A stretch of DNA of 64,000 nt from NCBI GenBank assembly GCA_963514005.1, contig OY740783.1:133362001-133426000 (forward strand). The letters are read 5' to 3'. Each line of letters starts with the position of its first letter. Position 1 is the stretch's first letter. This DNA comes from Raja brachyura. Taxonomy: Eukaryota. Below, piece after piece: positions 12,195-25,633 of this stretch. The notes beneath the pieces are model-generated. The model was not told the origin of the DNA. It saw nothing but the letters and a program-made list of their open reading frames with translations, and ran no database searches. The translations under genes were made by a program, and so were the position numbers.

Positions 12195-15100
12195 ACCTAA
12201 TTTTGATAATCCGTTGTTTTTTAAGAAAATATTTAACACTATTCCTATAGTTACACAACATAATTTAATAATCGGGGGTGACTTAAATTGTACTTTGGAT
12301 AACTATTTAGATAGATCATCAACTAAAAGGAAGGCTACATCTAAATCAAGTGAATTCATAAATTTGTTTATTAGTTCAGCTAATGTCAAGGATGTTTGGA
12401 GAAATGATAATCCCACTGGTCGGGAATACTCATTCTATTCTCCGGTATTCGGAACTTATTCTAGGATAGATTATTTTTTAAAAGATTCAAAGCTTATCCC
12501 ATTCACGTATGACTCAAAATATCATAATATTATTATTTCGGATCATGCCCCATTAACATTCAAGATTAATTTAAAGGGTATAACTAATAGATATTCGCAA
12601 TACAGGCTCAATCCTCAAATATTAAGTGATAAGGCTTGTTATGATTATCTGGTTAAACAGATTGAACTATTCTATGAGACTAATGATAAACCTGGAATTT
12701 CTTCGTCTCTTCTATGGGACACATTTAAAGCTTTTATACGTGGTGCTATAATATCTGCGCATGCACACCTTAGTAAGGAAAATCGAAAGATTCAACAGAA
12801 TTTGGAAAATGAAATAAAGCAATTAGACATGGAAAATGCTATATCACCATCTAGGGTGATATATAACAAAATGGCAACATTAAAATATAAGTTAAATGAG
12901 ATACAATCAAAGTATGTTATTAAACTTTTTCAACAGACTAAACAAGTACATTTTGAATTTGGGGATAAACCACATAAACTGCTATCTCGTCAACTTAGAA
13001 AATCAGATGAAGAAAAAATGATATATAAAGTTAGATCTGAACAAGGAGAAATACTAACTTTACCAAAAGATATTAATGATAAATTCCAGCAATACGATCA
13101 AAAACTTTATACATCCAAACTGACGGGTCAATCTGATGGAATGGAAGCATTCCTACATGAATGTCATATTAATGGATTAGATCAGGAAGGAAGAGACTTG
13201 CTAGACGCTGAAATATCAGCAAAAGATATTGAGGAATCAATCAGATCATTGAAAAATGGTAAAGCTGCTGGTCCCGACGGTTTAGGTGTTGAATTTTATA
13301 AGAAGTTTCATGATTTGATTTCCCCACATCTACAAACAATATATAAAGATGCCTATGAGCAAGAACAGCTACCAGAAACCCTAAATGAATCTACAATTAT
13401 ACTCATTCCTAAAGTAGATAAAGATCTGGAAGATCCAGGATCATATAGAGCAATTGCTCTTCTAAATAAGGATCAAAAAATATTAACTAAAATTTTATCT
13501 CAAAGGTTAAGTTTAGTGATCAATAAATTAATACATCATGATCAAACAGGCTTTATCCCTAAACGCTATTCTACTTATAATTTGCGACGTCTATTCAATA
13601 TCATATATTCAAAAATAATTAATAATATTGAATTAGCTGTTATATCCCTGGACGCAGAAAAAGCATTTGACCAGGTTGAATGGCTTTACTTATTTAGGAT
13701 AATGCAGAAATTTCAACTGGGGGAAGGATTCTCTAAATGGGTTAGAATTTTATATTCTGGCCCAACAGCAAGAATCCTAACAAATCAAATGTTATCAGCC
13801 AAATTTAATCTCTCTAGGGGTTGTAGACAAGGATGTCCGTTATCACCTTTATTATTCGCTCTTGCAATAGAATTATTAGCCGAAAGGATTAGATCGGAAC
13901 CAGAAATGTATGGATATAACACCAATACCACAATTAATAAAATATCTTTATACGCAGATGACATCTTAATATATATAACAAAACCAGAGATTAGTATTCC
14001 TAAGTTACTTAATGTTATAACTGAATTTAGTATGTTCTCAGGATATAGAATTAATTGGAATAAAAGTGAAATTATGCCTATAACAGGAATAAAATTGAAT
14101 AAATTACAAAAATTTCCATTCAAAATAGTTAATGACCAAATTAACTATCTTGGAGTTAATGTATCCAAATCTTATAATTCTCTATTTAAATCAAATTTCC
14201 CCCAATTACTAAATAAACTAAAAAATAATATTTTATATTGGAAAACATTACCAATATCAATGATCGGCAGAATAAATGCCATTAAAATGATTTTTTTTTT
14301 AACCACAACTACTATATTTATTTCAAGCTATCCCGCTATATCTTCCTAAAACTTAAAAAAAAATTGATTTCATTGTCAATAGCTTTATTTGGGATTATAA
14401 AAATTACAGATAAGTAAAAGACATTTATGTAAATCTAAGATAAATGGTGGACTAGCACTACCTAATTTTTCATATTATTTCTGGGTGGTTCAGATTAAGA
14501 ATATGAATTTTTGGTTGGTAAACATGGATCAGGACCCAGCTTGGTTAAAAATGGAAAAGGAAGATTGTTTACCCTTTGATATAAGTACAATACTCCTTGC
14601 CCCAAGGGTGGTACAAAAAAAATTATAGGGAAAATCCTATAATTTTAAGAAATATACGTATTTGGAAACAAATAGTTAAGACTTTACATTTAGAAAATAT
14701 GTCGCTTTGCTTACCAATTATGAATAATCCTCTGTTTAAGCCCTCTTTATTGGATGGGGGGTTTAGACATTGGAAAAATTTAGGAATTATAAGGATAGAA
14801 CATCTTTACAGGAATGGGAAATTTCTCTCATTTCAAGAGTTAAAAGATATTTATGGATTGCACTCAAATAACTTACTTAGATATTTACAGATCAAAGATT
14901 ATGTTAAATCGAAAAAAACAAGATTATAGAAATAGAGAACCAGGTTTACTGGATGAAGTGCTTAATAAGCATCCAAACACAGAGAAATTAATAGCATATA
15001 TATATATAACATCCTTTTGGACAGGGAAATACCAACAACAGAATTATTTCGACAAATATGGGAAAATGAAACTGGTTTACCGATATTAAAAGACCTTTGG

Positions 15101-16055
15101 GAAGAACGTTTACAAAGAATACATCGTTGTTCGTTAAATGCCAGACATACTTTGATACAATTCAAAGTATTGCATAGATTACATTATTCAAAAAAGAAAT
15201 TAAATAGAATTTTTCCTAATATATCCCCATTGTGTGATAAATGTCAGCACATAGAAGCTGATTTAACACATAGTTTTGTAACATGCACAAAACATAATAG
15301 TTATTGGACTGAGATTTTTAAAATTATTTCTATAGTTCTTAAGATTATATTAAATCCTGACCCAAAGCTAATAATATTTGGTGTTTTAGATTCAAATCAA
15401 ACATTAACAGTAAATCAAAGACATTTTCTTGATTACTGTTTAATGATTGGAAGAAAAATAATATTAAAATTCTGGAAGGGACCATTATCCCCTACAATCA
15501 AAATGTGGACAGTGGAAATGTAGGAGACATTGCAATTGGAGAGAATTAGGTTTATCCTAATGGATAAACACAAACTTTTTGAACAAATATGGTCTCCATT
15601 CACTGATTATATGAAGGGGTAGCTGGGCTCAGCATTAAAACTCAACAAGTACCCGGTGGTAAGATCAGATGAAAAGGTTTAATCCGAGATTTGTATACTT
15701 GTCTCTATATATATATTATTAGAAATTGTTCCATTCATCGTTAAGATGTATACTTTTTTTTATTTTTAAGTATAATAATTGTTTGTCAGTAATATCGGTT
15801 TTTAATTTTTTTATTTTTTTAATTAATTTTTTTTTTCTTCTCACATATAATCAAAATTATAATCATACTTTTTAAATTAAACATCTATTTTTTCTTTACT
15901 CTTTTTTCTTTTCACTCTTAAAAAAAATTGAGGCTTATATATATTTCTTTGTAATATTCATATAACTTTGGAAATATATAATATGTATATCTGAAAAAAC
16001 TGTTATATTATTTGTAATACGTATGGCCTCTAATAAAAATACATTAAAAAAAAAA
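12195..16055 (+). mobile_element. 5'-truncated L1 LINE (ORF2: partial APE, RT, C-terminal zinc knuckle), 3' UTR and poly(A)
   Basis: 711-aa ORF with SRIDYF, SDHAP, SLDAEKAFD, GCRQGCPLSPLLF, LYADD. Later frameshifts, CDKC..H..C, AATAAA at 16032, A-tail 16046-16055. Confidence 0.95.
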
Positions 16056-16056
16056 T

Positions 16057-16560
16057 TGTAAACACTGAGACCCAAAACGTCACCCATTCCTTCTCTCCAG
16101 AGATGCTGCCGGTCTCGCTGAGTTACTCCTGCATTTTGTGTCGAGCTTCAATCGTCTTGACCCCGCTCTGGGAGTAGGAGTGGGGGTGGATCTGGATACA
16201 CACTCCTCCACGTCAGTCCATGCGCCCGTTCCACGTTACCCACAGGCTACCATATCGCGTAAATGGCGCGCAAATGACGGCCATGTGGGACGGGCCCTTT
16301 AATGTCAAAATTGTCCCCTAGTGTAGGGTAGTGTTAATGTGCTGGGATCGCTGGTCGGTGCGGGCACGGTGAGCGGAAGGGCCTGTTTCCACGCTGTATC
16401 TCTAAACTCAACTAAAGTAAAGTAGGAACAGAATGATTCTCACCTGAGTTTGCAGCTTCAGGTTTCTGCTCACCTGGAAGTAAAGGAGAATGTGCCATTG
16501 GTCAACCAGTTGTACTGTGAGGGATGTGGGTATTGGTGTTGAGAGGAACAGATCGGGTAG
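16057..16560 (+). repeat. Right copy of the 504-bp duplication
   Basis: Starts immediately after the L1 A-tail and continues into a CR1 3' fragment. Confidence 0.9.
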
Positions 16561-16752
16561 TCTCTTGCCCAGAGGTGGTGAATCAAGGACCATAGGACAT
16601 AGGTTGAAGGTGAAGTGAAAAAGATTTAATAGGAATCTGAGGGGTAACTTTTTCACACACAGGGTGGTGGATGTATGGAATGAGCTGCCAGAGGAGGTAG
16701 TTGAGGCTGGGACTATCCCAACATTTAAGAAACATTTAGACAGGTACATGGG

Positions 16753-16978
16753 TGTAGATTAGTGTCACTTATTTCATGAGTCATGCTTCTGTAGTTACGC
16801 CCACTAGCTTTTCAGTTATAACTGCTTGCTGGATTCCTTTAGTGTAAGTTGAACTTGCAAATGTGAAGTCATGCTTGCTATGTAGTTAATAAAGTCTTTG
16901 GATCTTTATCTTGGTGCAAGGCTTCTGTTATTGTCTGGTCATCACTCAACATGGTGCCAGAAGTGGGATTGGAACCCA
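16753..16978 (+). mobile_element. About 200-bp LTR (TG...CA) plus tRNA-Leu primer-binding sequence, no internal region
   Basis: TGTAG...CAACA, AATAAA at 16888, then TGGTGCCAGAAGTGGGATTGGAACCCA (16952-16978). It interrupts a CR1 3' fragment. Confidence 0.7.
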
Positions 16979-17126
16979 TTTTTTAGGACAGGTTTGGAGG
17001 GATATGGACCAAACATGGGCAGGTGGGACTAGTGTAGCTGGAACATGTTGGCCGGTGTGGGTTTAGTTGGGCCAAGCGGTCTGTTTCCACGCTGTATCAC
17101 TCTATGACTGTGAGCAAGGTGTGTAC

Positions 17127-17204
17127 CTTCATCATCTGCCTGCGGCTTCTTCGCTTTTCCACTGTTGATGATAATGCTGGCGTACGTGCAGGATTCAGCC
17201 TGAT
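17127..17204 (-). CDS. Exon 7, cytoplasmic with ITIM-like CTYASI: DQAESCTYASIIINSGKAKKPQADDE
   Basis: Acceptor tgtgctttacag, donor AAG|gtaca, 78 nt, phase 1-1, YxxI motif. Confidence 0.8.
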
Positions 17205-17236
17205 CTGTAAAGCACACGAGAGTTACTCCTTCAAAC

Positions 17237-17272
<36 letters not shown>

Positions 17273-18149
17273 CGCATATACACGAGACAAAGTGCTAGAG
17301 TAACTCAGCAGGTCAGGCAGCATCTGTGGAGAACATGGATAGGTGACGTTTCACAGAGTGCTGGAGTAACTCAGCGGGTCAGGCAGCATCTGTGGAGAAC
17401 ATGGATAGGTGACGTTTCACAGAGTGCTGGAGTAACTCAGCGGGTCAGGCAGCATCTCTGGAGAATGTGGATAGGTGACGTTTCAGCTCTGACCCCAACC
17501 CGAAGCATCTGAAGTAGGCTCCTGAACCACGTGTGTGGTCACAGGGAGAACGGACAAACTCTGTACAGACAGCACCCATAATCAGGATGGAACCCGGGTC
17601 TCTGGCGCTGTGGGGATGCACCTCTACAGCTGCACCACCATGTGCTGCCCCTAAATAGCTTTGATCTCCAGAGAAGCTGCCTGAACCGCTGAGTTACTCC
17701 AGCACTAAGTGTCTCTTTTTTGTTAACCAGCATTTGGGACCCTTCTTGTAAGGAACTGATGCACTACAATGCTGAACTATATTCAATGGTGCTTTTATTA
17801 TTACATGTGTGAAGTGCTAACACGGTGAAATTCTTTCCCCTACATACACTCCGGTAGAGTATTGCCTTGATTAGCAAGTGTACAGAAACAGTCTACTGAC
17901 CCCGCATGCAAGAGGTGCCATGTTTTGGTGCCATTTCCAGAGTCCACGCTCCAGTGCAGATGAGCGGTGCCTGTTCCAGGCGAGTCCCAGGCTGTTGTGG
18001 GCCTCCAGCCGTCTCCTTCCTTGGATGCCCCGTTCATCTCCTCACCCGCCCGCCTTTGTGCCTGCAGCCGACCTCAAGGGCTCTGCACCCTGTATCTTCC
18101 CCTTAGCTCTGCCTATTGCACTTGAGCACTCAACTGATTGTATTTGAGC

Positions 18150-18970
18150 TGAGTGTCACAGCTGGCGTCCTGGTGCCATCGCAACAACCTGGAGCTCAAT
18201 GCTCTTAAGACAATGGAATTGATTGTAGACTTTAGGAGAGCGCCCCCTCCCCTCACCCCGATCACCATCAACAACACCACAGTCACATCTGTGGAGTCTT
18301 TAAGTTCCTGGGAACCATCATCTCCAAGGACCTTAAGTGGGGGGCTACTATCGACTCCACAGTCAAAAAGGCACAACAGAGGATGTACTTCCTACGGCAG
18401 CTGAGGAAGCACAATCTGCCACAGGCAATGATGGTCCAATTCTACACGGCCATCGTAGAGTCTGTTCTCACCTTCTCCATCAAGGTCTGGTTTGGCTCAG
18501 CCACCAAGCACGACACCTGGAGGCTGCAGCGAATCGTCCGATCAGCTGAGAAGGTTATTTGCTGCAACCTTCCCTCCATTGATGAACCGTACACTGCAAG
18601 GGCCAGGAAGCGAGCGGGCAAGATCATCTCTGACCCCTCTCACCCTGGCCACAAACTCTTTGAATCACTTCCCTCTGGAAGGCGACTCCGGACTGTCAAA
18701 GCTGCCACAGCCAGACATGAAATAACAGCTTTTATCCACGAGTAGTTGCTCTACTCAACAGCCAAAAATCTGTAGCCTCCCTTTGATCTGGTATTTTGTT
18801 GGTTCACATGCTTGATCAATGGTGTTTTATCATTGATGTTTTATTATTATTAATGTTTAGTGTTTTCTGAGTCAATCGTAACTGTCACTGTATGTCATGT
18901 TGTTACTTGTGGGCGGAGCACCAAGGCAAATTCCTTGTATGTGAATACTTGGCCAATAAACTTACTTACA
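18150..18970 (+). mobile_element. Rex1/Babar-like LINE 3' fragment
   Basis: WCHRNNLELNALKTMELIVDFR, MYFLRQLRK, LPSGRRLR and a (cttA)n-like tail. Confidence 0.8.
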
Positions 18971-20078
18971 TTCTGGGCAGCACGCAAAGCTAAAGCTTTT
19001 CACCGTACCTCGGTACACATGACAATAATAAACCTGAGCCTGAACCTTCAGTGGGATCCTAACCTGGACTGTTACCCATCCGTGTTCTCCAGGGATGACG
19101 CCTGACCCGCTGAGGGGGGGGGGGGGGGGGGTGCGTGAGGGGCAAGTCAGTCGTTATGTCTATGGTGGAGATTAGTATGTTCTTGATTAGGTTGGTTGGT
19201 AAAATTGTAAATTGTCCCCAGTGTGTAAGATAGTGCTAGCGCACAGGGTGATCGCTGGTCGACGCGAACTCGGTAGGCCAAGGATGGTGTGTGTAGGATG
19301 GTGTTAATCTGTGGGGAGACGTTCTCTGGGTTGCCCGACCAAGCTTGGAACACAAATTAGATCACAGCACTGACCCAAACTCTAACGCTCACCTGCCTCG
19401 CCGCTATTGGACACCACATTATTGTCACGCTCTGTAACACCAATCAGTCTTAGAATGATACAGCGTGGAAACAGGCCCTTCGGCCCAACTTGCCCACACC
19501 AACCAACATGCCCCATCTACACTAGTCCCACCTTTCCTATTCATGTACCTGTCCAAATCTTATTTTAAACATTATGATAGTAGCTACCACCTCTGGCAGC
19601 TCGTTCCACACACCCAGCACCCTCTGTGTATAAAAATTGCCCCTCAGATTCCTATTAAGTCCTTCCCCTCTCACCTTAAACCTATGTCCTCTAGTTCTTG
19701 ATTCCCCAGTTGGGGTAAAAGACTGCATTTACTCTATTCCTCTCATGAGAATCATAATTTCATAAGTGATAGAAGCAGAAATAGGCCATTTGGCCCATCG
19801 AGTCTACTCCACCATTCAATCATGGCTGATCTATCTTTCCCTCTGAACCCCATTCTCCTGCCTTCTCCCCATAACCTTTGACACCTGTACTGTCAAGAGA
19901 CTGTCGATCTCTACCTTAAAAATACCCGATGTCTTGGCCTCCATCACCGTCTGTGGCAATGAGTTCCACATCATAGAATCCTCTCAAGGAATACACCCAT
20001 CAAGTCGGTGCTAGCCCCTCTTCCCATTAAACTTATCCTTGCTCTCAGAGCCTTGAGAATTGACCCCACGACCCAGGT

Positions 20079-20536
20079 TGTTGTGTGAAACCTTGTTTGA
20101 AATGTTTATACTACCGGGGAAAGTGTTGCATTACTTTAGTGAACTGACTTCCTTCCAGAAGCTTCTGTTGAAACATTGTAATGGGGAACTTTGTAATTGG
20201 TTTAGGGAACTGTCAATAACTGTACAATGTAATCAATATTTGTGATTGGTTTGTAGGGGCGCCACAGGGTAAGATGACCTATAAAAGAGTGGACCCCACG
20301 AGGATTGGAGTCGATCTTCTGGAGGGGCACTCTGGACTGCGTAAACCTTTGGAGGTGTCCGCTTGCACGAGGCTGAAGGGCTTAAACGATCAGAGACAAG
20401 GAATGGACCCGCGGTGGTTAGGCATTGTATAGGGAGTTTGCTATTGTTGGAAAGAATAAAGAATAGTGATCCGGCGTTTGACTCAGTGTTTTACTGAACT
20501 AGACTAAAGGGGGTAAGCTTTAGGAGTATAATTACA
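20079..20536 (+). mobile_element. Probable solo LTR
   Basis: TG...CA ends, TATAAAA at about 20280, AATAAA at 20455. No clear TSD. Confidence 0.45.
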
Positions 20537-20830
20537 CACACGCAGAAACCCCAAGCGGTCACGGGGAGAACGTACAAACTCAGTACAGGCGGCATTATAG
20601 CCAGGATCGAACCCGGGTCTCTGGCGCTGTAAGGCAGCGACTCCAATGCTGCACCACTGTGCCGCCCCAGTTATTCCAGCCCTTTGTGTCTTTTATTTTG
20701 CAAACCAGCATCTGCATTTCCTCGTGTGCAGTCCCGTACTGTCTCCACCCTCCATTTGCTACCTGTAGCCCTCCTGTTGGTTTTGGTCTGCTTGCTGCCT
20801 TGGACAGGGTAGAAGATGCTCGCTCAGTAC

Positions 20831-20886
20831 CTGAATCACACTGCAGCTGTGCCCCTCGGCCAGTGTCATCCGGACTCACAGCGCTC
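20831..20886 (-). CDS. Exon 6, cytoplasmic: SAVSPDDTGRGAQLQCDS
   Basis: Acceptor tcctctctctgtag, donor CAG|gtact, 56 nt, phase 2-1. Confidence 0.72.
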
Positions 20887-21548
20887 CTACAGAGAGAGGA
20901 ACCAACGTGAGGAAATTGCATCAAACGCCCAGAAAATCTCATGGCAATCCACAGATCTCGGAGGGTGCTTAGCACAGTGAGTATATTAAATTGTACTTTG
21001 GAGATACAGTGCGGAAACAGGCCCTTCGGCCCACCGAGTCCGTGCTGTACACTAGCACTACCCTACGCAGTAGGGACAGTTTATAATTTTACCAACCAAT
21101 TAACCTACAAACCCGTACACTTGTATGATGTACAATAATGAGAGGCATGGATATGGTAGACAGTCAAAACCTTTTTACCCAGTGTGGAAATGTGCAACGC
21201 TAGACTTTAGACACACAGTCACACAGCGTGGAAACAGGCCCTTCGGCCGAGCGAGTCAACGCCGACCAGCGATCAGCAGTACAAGAGCACTATCCTACGC
21301 ACTCTACTAGGGACAATTTACAATGCAGAGAAGCCTATTATCCTACAAAGCCGTACGTCTTTGGAGTGTGCGAGGAAACCGTAGCACCCGGAGAAAACCC
21401 ACGCGGTCACGAGGAGAACGTACAAACTCCGTACAGACGGCACCCGTAGTCAGGATCGAACCCGGGTCTCTGGCGCTGTGAGGCAGCAGCTCTACCCGCT
21501 GCGCCACCGTGCCACCCCGCTTAGCCTTGGATTCATGTCCCCTATTAC

Positions 21549-21588
21549 CTTTTTGAAAATGTGGCTGACCTCATTATGGATGAAAACA
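21549..21588 (-). CDS. Exon 5, cytoplasmic: VFSSIMRSATFSKR
   Basis: Acceptor tctttattcctgcag, donor AAG|gtaat, 40 nt, phase 1-2. It supplies the phase change needed to reach exon 6. Confidence 0.75.
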
Positions 21589-21699
21589 CTGCAGGAATAA
21601 AGAGATGAGAAAAGATTAAGGTAATGGCTGACATCACCATTGTATAACAAATGTAGAATAATAAAGATTCATCAAAGTTACAGCCCAAAGGCAATCTCC

Positions 21700-22012
21700 A
21701 ACCCCTCACCCACTCCCCCCCCACCCACTGCCCACCCACTGCCCCCCCTCACCCACTGCCCCCCCCTCACCCACTGCCCCCCCTCACCCACCTTAACCAC
21801 TCCCCCCCCTCACCCACTCTTCTCCCCTCACCCACTCCCCACCCACTCTCCCCCCCTCACCCACTCCCCCCCTCACCCACTCTCCCCCCCCTCACCCACT
21901 CTCCCCCCCTCACCCACTCTACCCCCCTCACCCACTCGCCCCCCCTCACCCACTCGCCCCCCCTCACCCACTCTTCCCCCCCCCCCACCCATTCCCCCCC
22001 CCCCCACCCACC
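21700..22012. repeat. C-rich minisatellite (cccccctcacccact)n
   Basis: Visible tandem units between exons 4 and 5. Confidence 0.9.
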
Positions 22013-22305
22013 GGTCCTTGATTATGCCGGTGGTCTTGCCGAGGCAGCGTGAAGTGCGGACGTCCGATTAAAGACAAACGATAGCACATAAGCAAATGCT
22101 GTCTGAAGAAAATGCTGTCTGTCTCGACCCGAAACGTAGATTATCTCCTTCGCTCCTTTGATGCTGCTGCACCCGGTGAGTTTCTCCAGCTTTTTGTGTA
22201 ACCCCCAGCACATAAGCAAAGCTGATCGCTGCATCCCGGTGCAAGGGACAATAATAATCGATAGCAGACAGAGAATTGCAATGGCTTATTTGTAGGTCAA
22301 CTCAC

Positions 22306-22401
22306 CTCCTTTCTTCCAGAGAATAATAATGAGCAGGATGCAGAGCATGAGGAGGGCAATCAGAATGAGCAGGATGTACATTGATGTCCCTGTTGGTGTC
22401 A
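22306..22401 (-). CDS. Exon 4, transmembrane: VTPTGTSMYILLILIALLMLCILLIIILWKKG
   Basis: Acceptor cttttttacag, donor GAG|gtgag, 96 nt, phase 1-1. About 21 uncharged hydrophobic residues followed by KK stop-transfer. Confidence 0.9.
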
Positions 22402-24766
22402 CTGTAAAAAAGAGCAGTGAAGACCAGGAGATCAGTAGGCCCATGTGTTCACACCCGGCCTTAACATATGATCAATGATGATCCATCAAATAACTCGGAT
22501 GTGGGAACGCCATTTCTAACTTGCTTATGAATTAAGGTAAATGATCTAAATTTAGTTTCATTTATTTTAGAGATAGAGCGTGGAAACAGGCCCTTCGGCC
22601 CGCCGGGTCCACATGGACATCATTACCACTGTCCTACACACACATTAGGGACAATGTTTACATTTATACCAAGCCAATTAACCTACAAACCTGTACATCT
22701 TTGCAGTGTGAAAGATCTTGGCGAAAACCCACGCAGGTCACGGTGAGAACGTACAAACTCCGTACAGACAGCACCATACTCGGGATCTACCCCAGATCTC
22801 CGGCACTGTAGAGCAGTAACTCTACCGATGTGCCACCGTGCTGCCCTAAATGACGAGACTGGAGGGTGGCAAATGTTGTGCCTCTATTTAAGAAGGGTGG
22901 CTCGAAAAGTCCGGGAACGACAGGCCGGTGAGTCTAACTATCTGTGGTCAGAAAGTTACGAGACAGTATTCTGAAGGATAAGGTGCACTGTCTGAACAGT
23001 CCTTCCATGAGATAGGGTACTGTCCAAATCACCTCTACACCATGGCGGACATTGGACTAGACTGAATGACCAGAGATGTAAAGGGTCTTGGGAGTGCTGG
23101 TGCAGGTTTCCCAAATCGTTAATCTGCACGTTGAATGGGTGGTATGGAAGGAAAATGCAATGCTACATTTATTTCGAGAGGACTATAATACAAAAACAGG
23201 GATGGAATGCTCTACAAGGCACTGGTCAGAATGCATTTGGAGTATTGTGAGCAATGTTGGGCCCCATATCTGAGGAAGGATGTGCTGGCTCTGGAAAGGG
23301 TCCAGAGGGGGTTTACGAGAATGATCCCAGGAATTATTTATATTTAATGTTTAATGTTCATTGGGTTAACATATGATGAGCGTTAGGACGGCACTGGGCC
23401 TGTACTTGCTGGAGTTGAGGATGGGGGGGGGTACTCACCGAATAGTGAAAGACCTGGATAGAATGGAATGTGGAGATGATGTTTCCACTAGTGGGAGAGT
23501 CTAGGATCAGAGGCCATAGCCCGAGTATAAAATAATGTGCCTTTAGGAAGGAGTAGAGGCGATATTTCGTGAGTCACAGGGTAGTGAATCTGTGGAATTC
23601 ATTGCCACGGACGACCATGGGGGCCAAGTCAATGGATATTTATTAAGGCTGAGATTCAGATTCTTGACTGGCATTGGTATCAGGGGTTATGGGGAGAAGG
23701 CAGGAGAATGGGGTTGAGAGGGAAAGACAGATCAGCCGTGATTGAATATCAGCCGATGATAGGGTGATCATAAAGGCTTTTGGCACATTGGTCTTCATCA
23801 GTCAGAGTATTGAGTATGGAAGTTGGGAGGACATGTTACTGTTGTATAAGACATAGGAGAGGCCACATTTGGAATATTGTGTTCAGTTTTGGTCACCATG
23901 ATACGGGACTGTCTGAACAGTATTGCCTTCCACCACAGTGAAGAATGCTGTGGTGGATGTGCGTTGAATTATGTTGTGTACTATGTCCTTTTTTAATTGT
24001 AACACTGCACGGTAAATCACATTTAACTGCACCTTATGGTGCATGTGACAAATACATTTGAACTTGAACTATGCTGTCAAGCTGGAAAGGTTGCAGAGAT
24101 GATTTGTAAGGGTGTTGCCAAGGATGTGACTTGACATACTGAGCTGTAGGGAGACATGAGCAGGCTAGGACATTATTCCTTGGGGCGCAGGAGGATGAGG
24201 GGTGATCTTATAGAGGTGTATAAAAATAATGAGAGGAATAGATCGGGTAAACATACACAGTCTTTTGTCCAGAGTTGGGGAATCCAAAACCACGTGACAT
24301 AGGTTTAAGGTGAGGTGGGAAAGATTGAATAGGAATCTGAGGGGTGACTTTTTTTACACAAAGATTGGTGGGTGTAAGGAAAGAGCCGCAGGAGGAGGTA
24401 GTTGAGGCAGGGATTCTTGCAACATTTAAGAGGCATTTAGACAGGTTCTTGGGGAGGATAAGTTTAGAAGGATAGGGCCAAATGCGGACAGGTGGGACTC
24501 GTGTTGATGGGGCATGTTGGTCGGCGTGGGCAAGATGGGCAGAAGGGCCTGTGACTCTCTACGACTCTATGAATAACGACTCACTGGTTCGGACTCCATC
24601 AGTCGGTCTGACTCTGGGAGTGACACACACGGCATTGAGCGCAAGGGTCCGGGCACGGGAGAGGAAGCTTCACTGATCGGCACATGTGTGGGGGTGGGGT
24701 GGGGTGGGGTTCAGACAAACTATTGACCTTCGCTCTACACGGCAGAATGTGGCGATGGTTTCTTAC

Positions 24767-25174
24767 CGGGTGTGACCTGGAGCTGGACCTCACGCTGGTA
24801 CTGATGGGTGTACGGGGGGTTTACGCTGCCAGTGAAATCTACGTGGATGTACACTGTCGGTTTGTAGTTTTCCGGTTTGCTGAACTCCACCAGACACAGG
24901 TAGCCGTGACTGTCCTCCATACTCAGCTGGTTTATCCTGGTTGAGGCACTTCCCAGCTCTGGGTCCCCGACCAGCACGAACCGAGTTGCTCCGTTCACCG
25001 CCACCCTGGATCCATTAGCTTTGGGTGTGAACGTGACGATGTGTCGGTAGGGATCCTTCCTCATCCATGTGACCGTGAGGTTGCTGGGGTAATGCTGGGG
25101 TTGTTGATACACACAGGGTAATGTAGCCGAACCTCCCACAGTCCCAGCCACCACTGAGACATTCTCGCCGGGCG
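24767..25174 (-). CDS. Exon 3, second V-set Ig domain (V2) with long F-G loop
   Basis: Acceptor ccttccctcag, donor CCG|gtaaga, 408 nt, phase 1-1. GGSATLPC, VTW, RFVLVGDP..GSASTRINQL..EDSHGYLCLVEF, LQVT are V-set hallmarks. Confidence 0.92.
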
Positions 25175-25633
25175 CTGAGGGAAGGACAGACACCAGAATG
25201 TATCAGTTGAACCTCGCCGACCGCAATCAACAAACTTATCGGGGAAAGAATCGAATCTTAAAAACTGTCCCACAGAACCCAACCAGCCAAACTTGTAGAC
25301 TCAAGGAACTGCAGATGCTGGAATCATGAGCAAAAAAGAAAGTGCTGGAGGGACTCAGCGGGTCAGGCAGCATCTTTTATGCTATTTTATTTTAAAGATA
25401 CAGCGTGGAAGCAGGCCTATCGGCCCTCCGAGTCCGTGCCGACCAGCAATCATCCCACTCAGGAGACCTTTTAAGCCCCTTTAAGCCCCTGTCCCACTGA
25501 GAAGATCTAAACAGCAACCTCTGGAGACCTTGCCCGCCACCCAAGGTTTCCGGGTGCTCCGATCTCCTGCCACACTCCAAACATATGCAGGTTTGTAGGT
25601 TAATTATCCCTAGTGCGTGTAAGGTAGTGTTAA

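Noticed and set aside
21470-21520. tRNA genes (A/B-box-like heads here and elsewhere)
   Set aside because: They are SINE heads continuing into SINE core and tail sequence.
21640-22071. Proline-rich mucin-like ORF
   Set aside because: C-rich minisatellite on the strand opposite the gene, with no splice signals.
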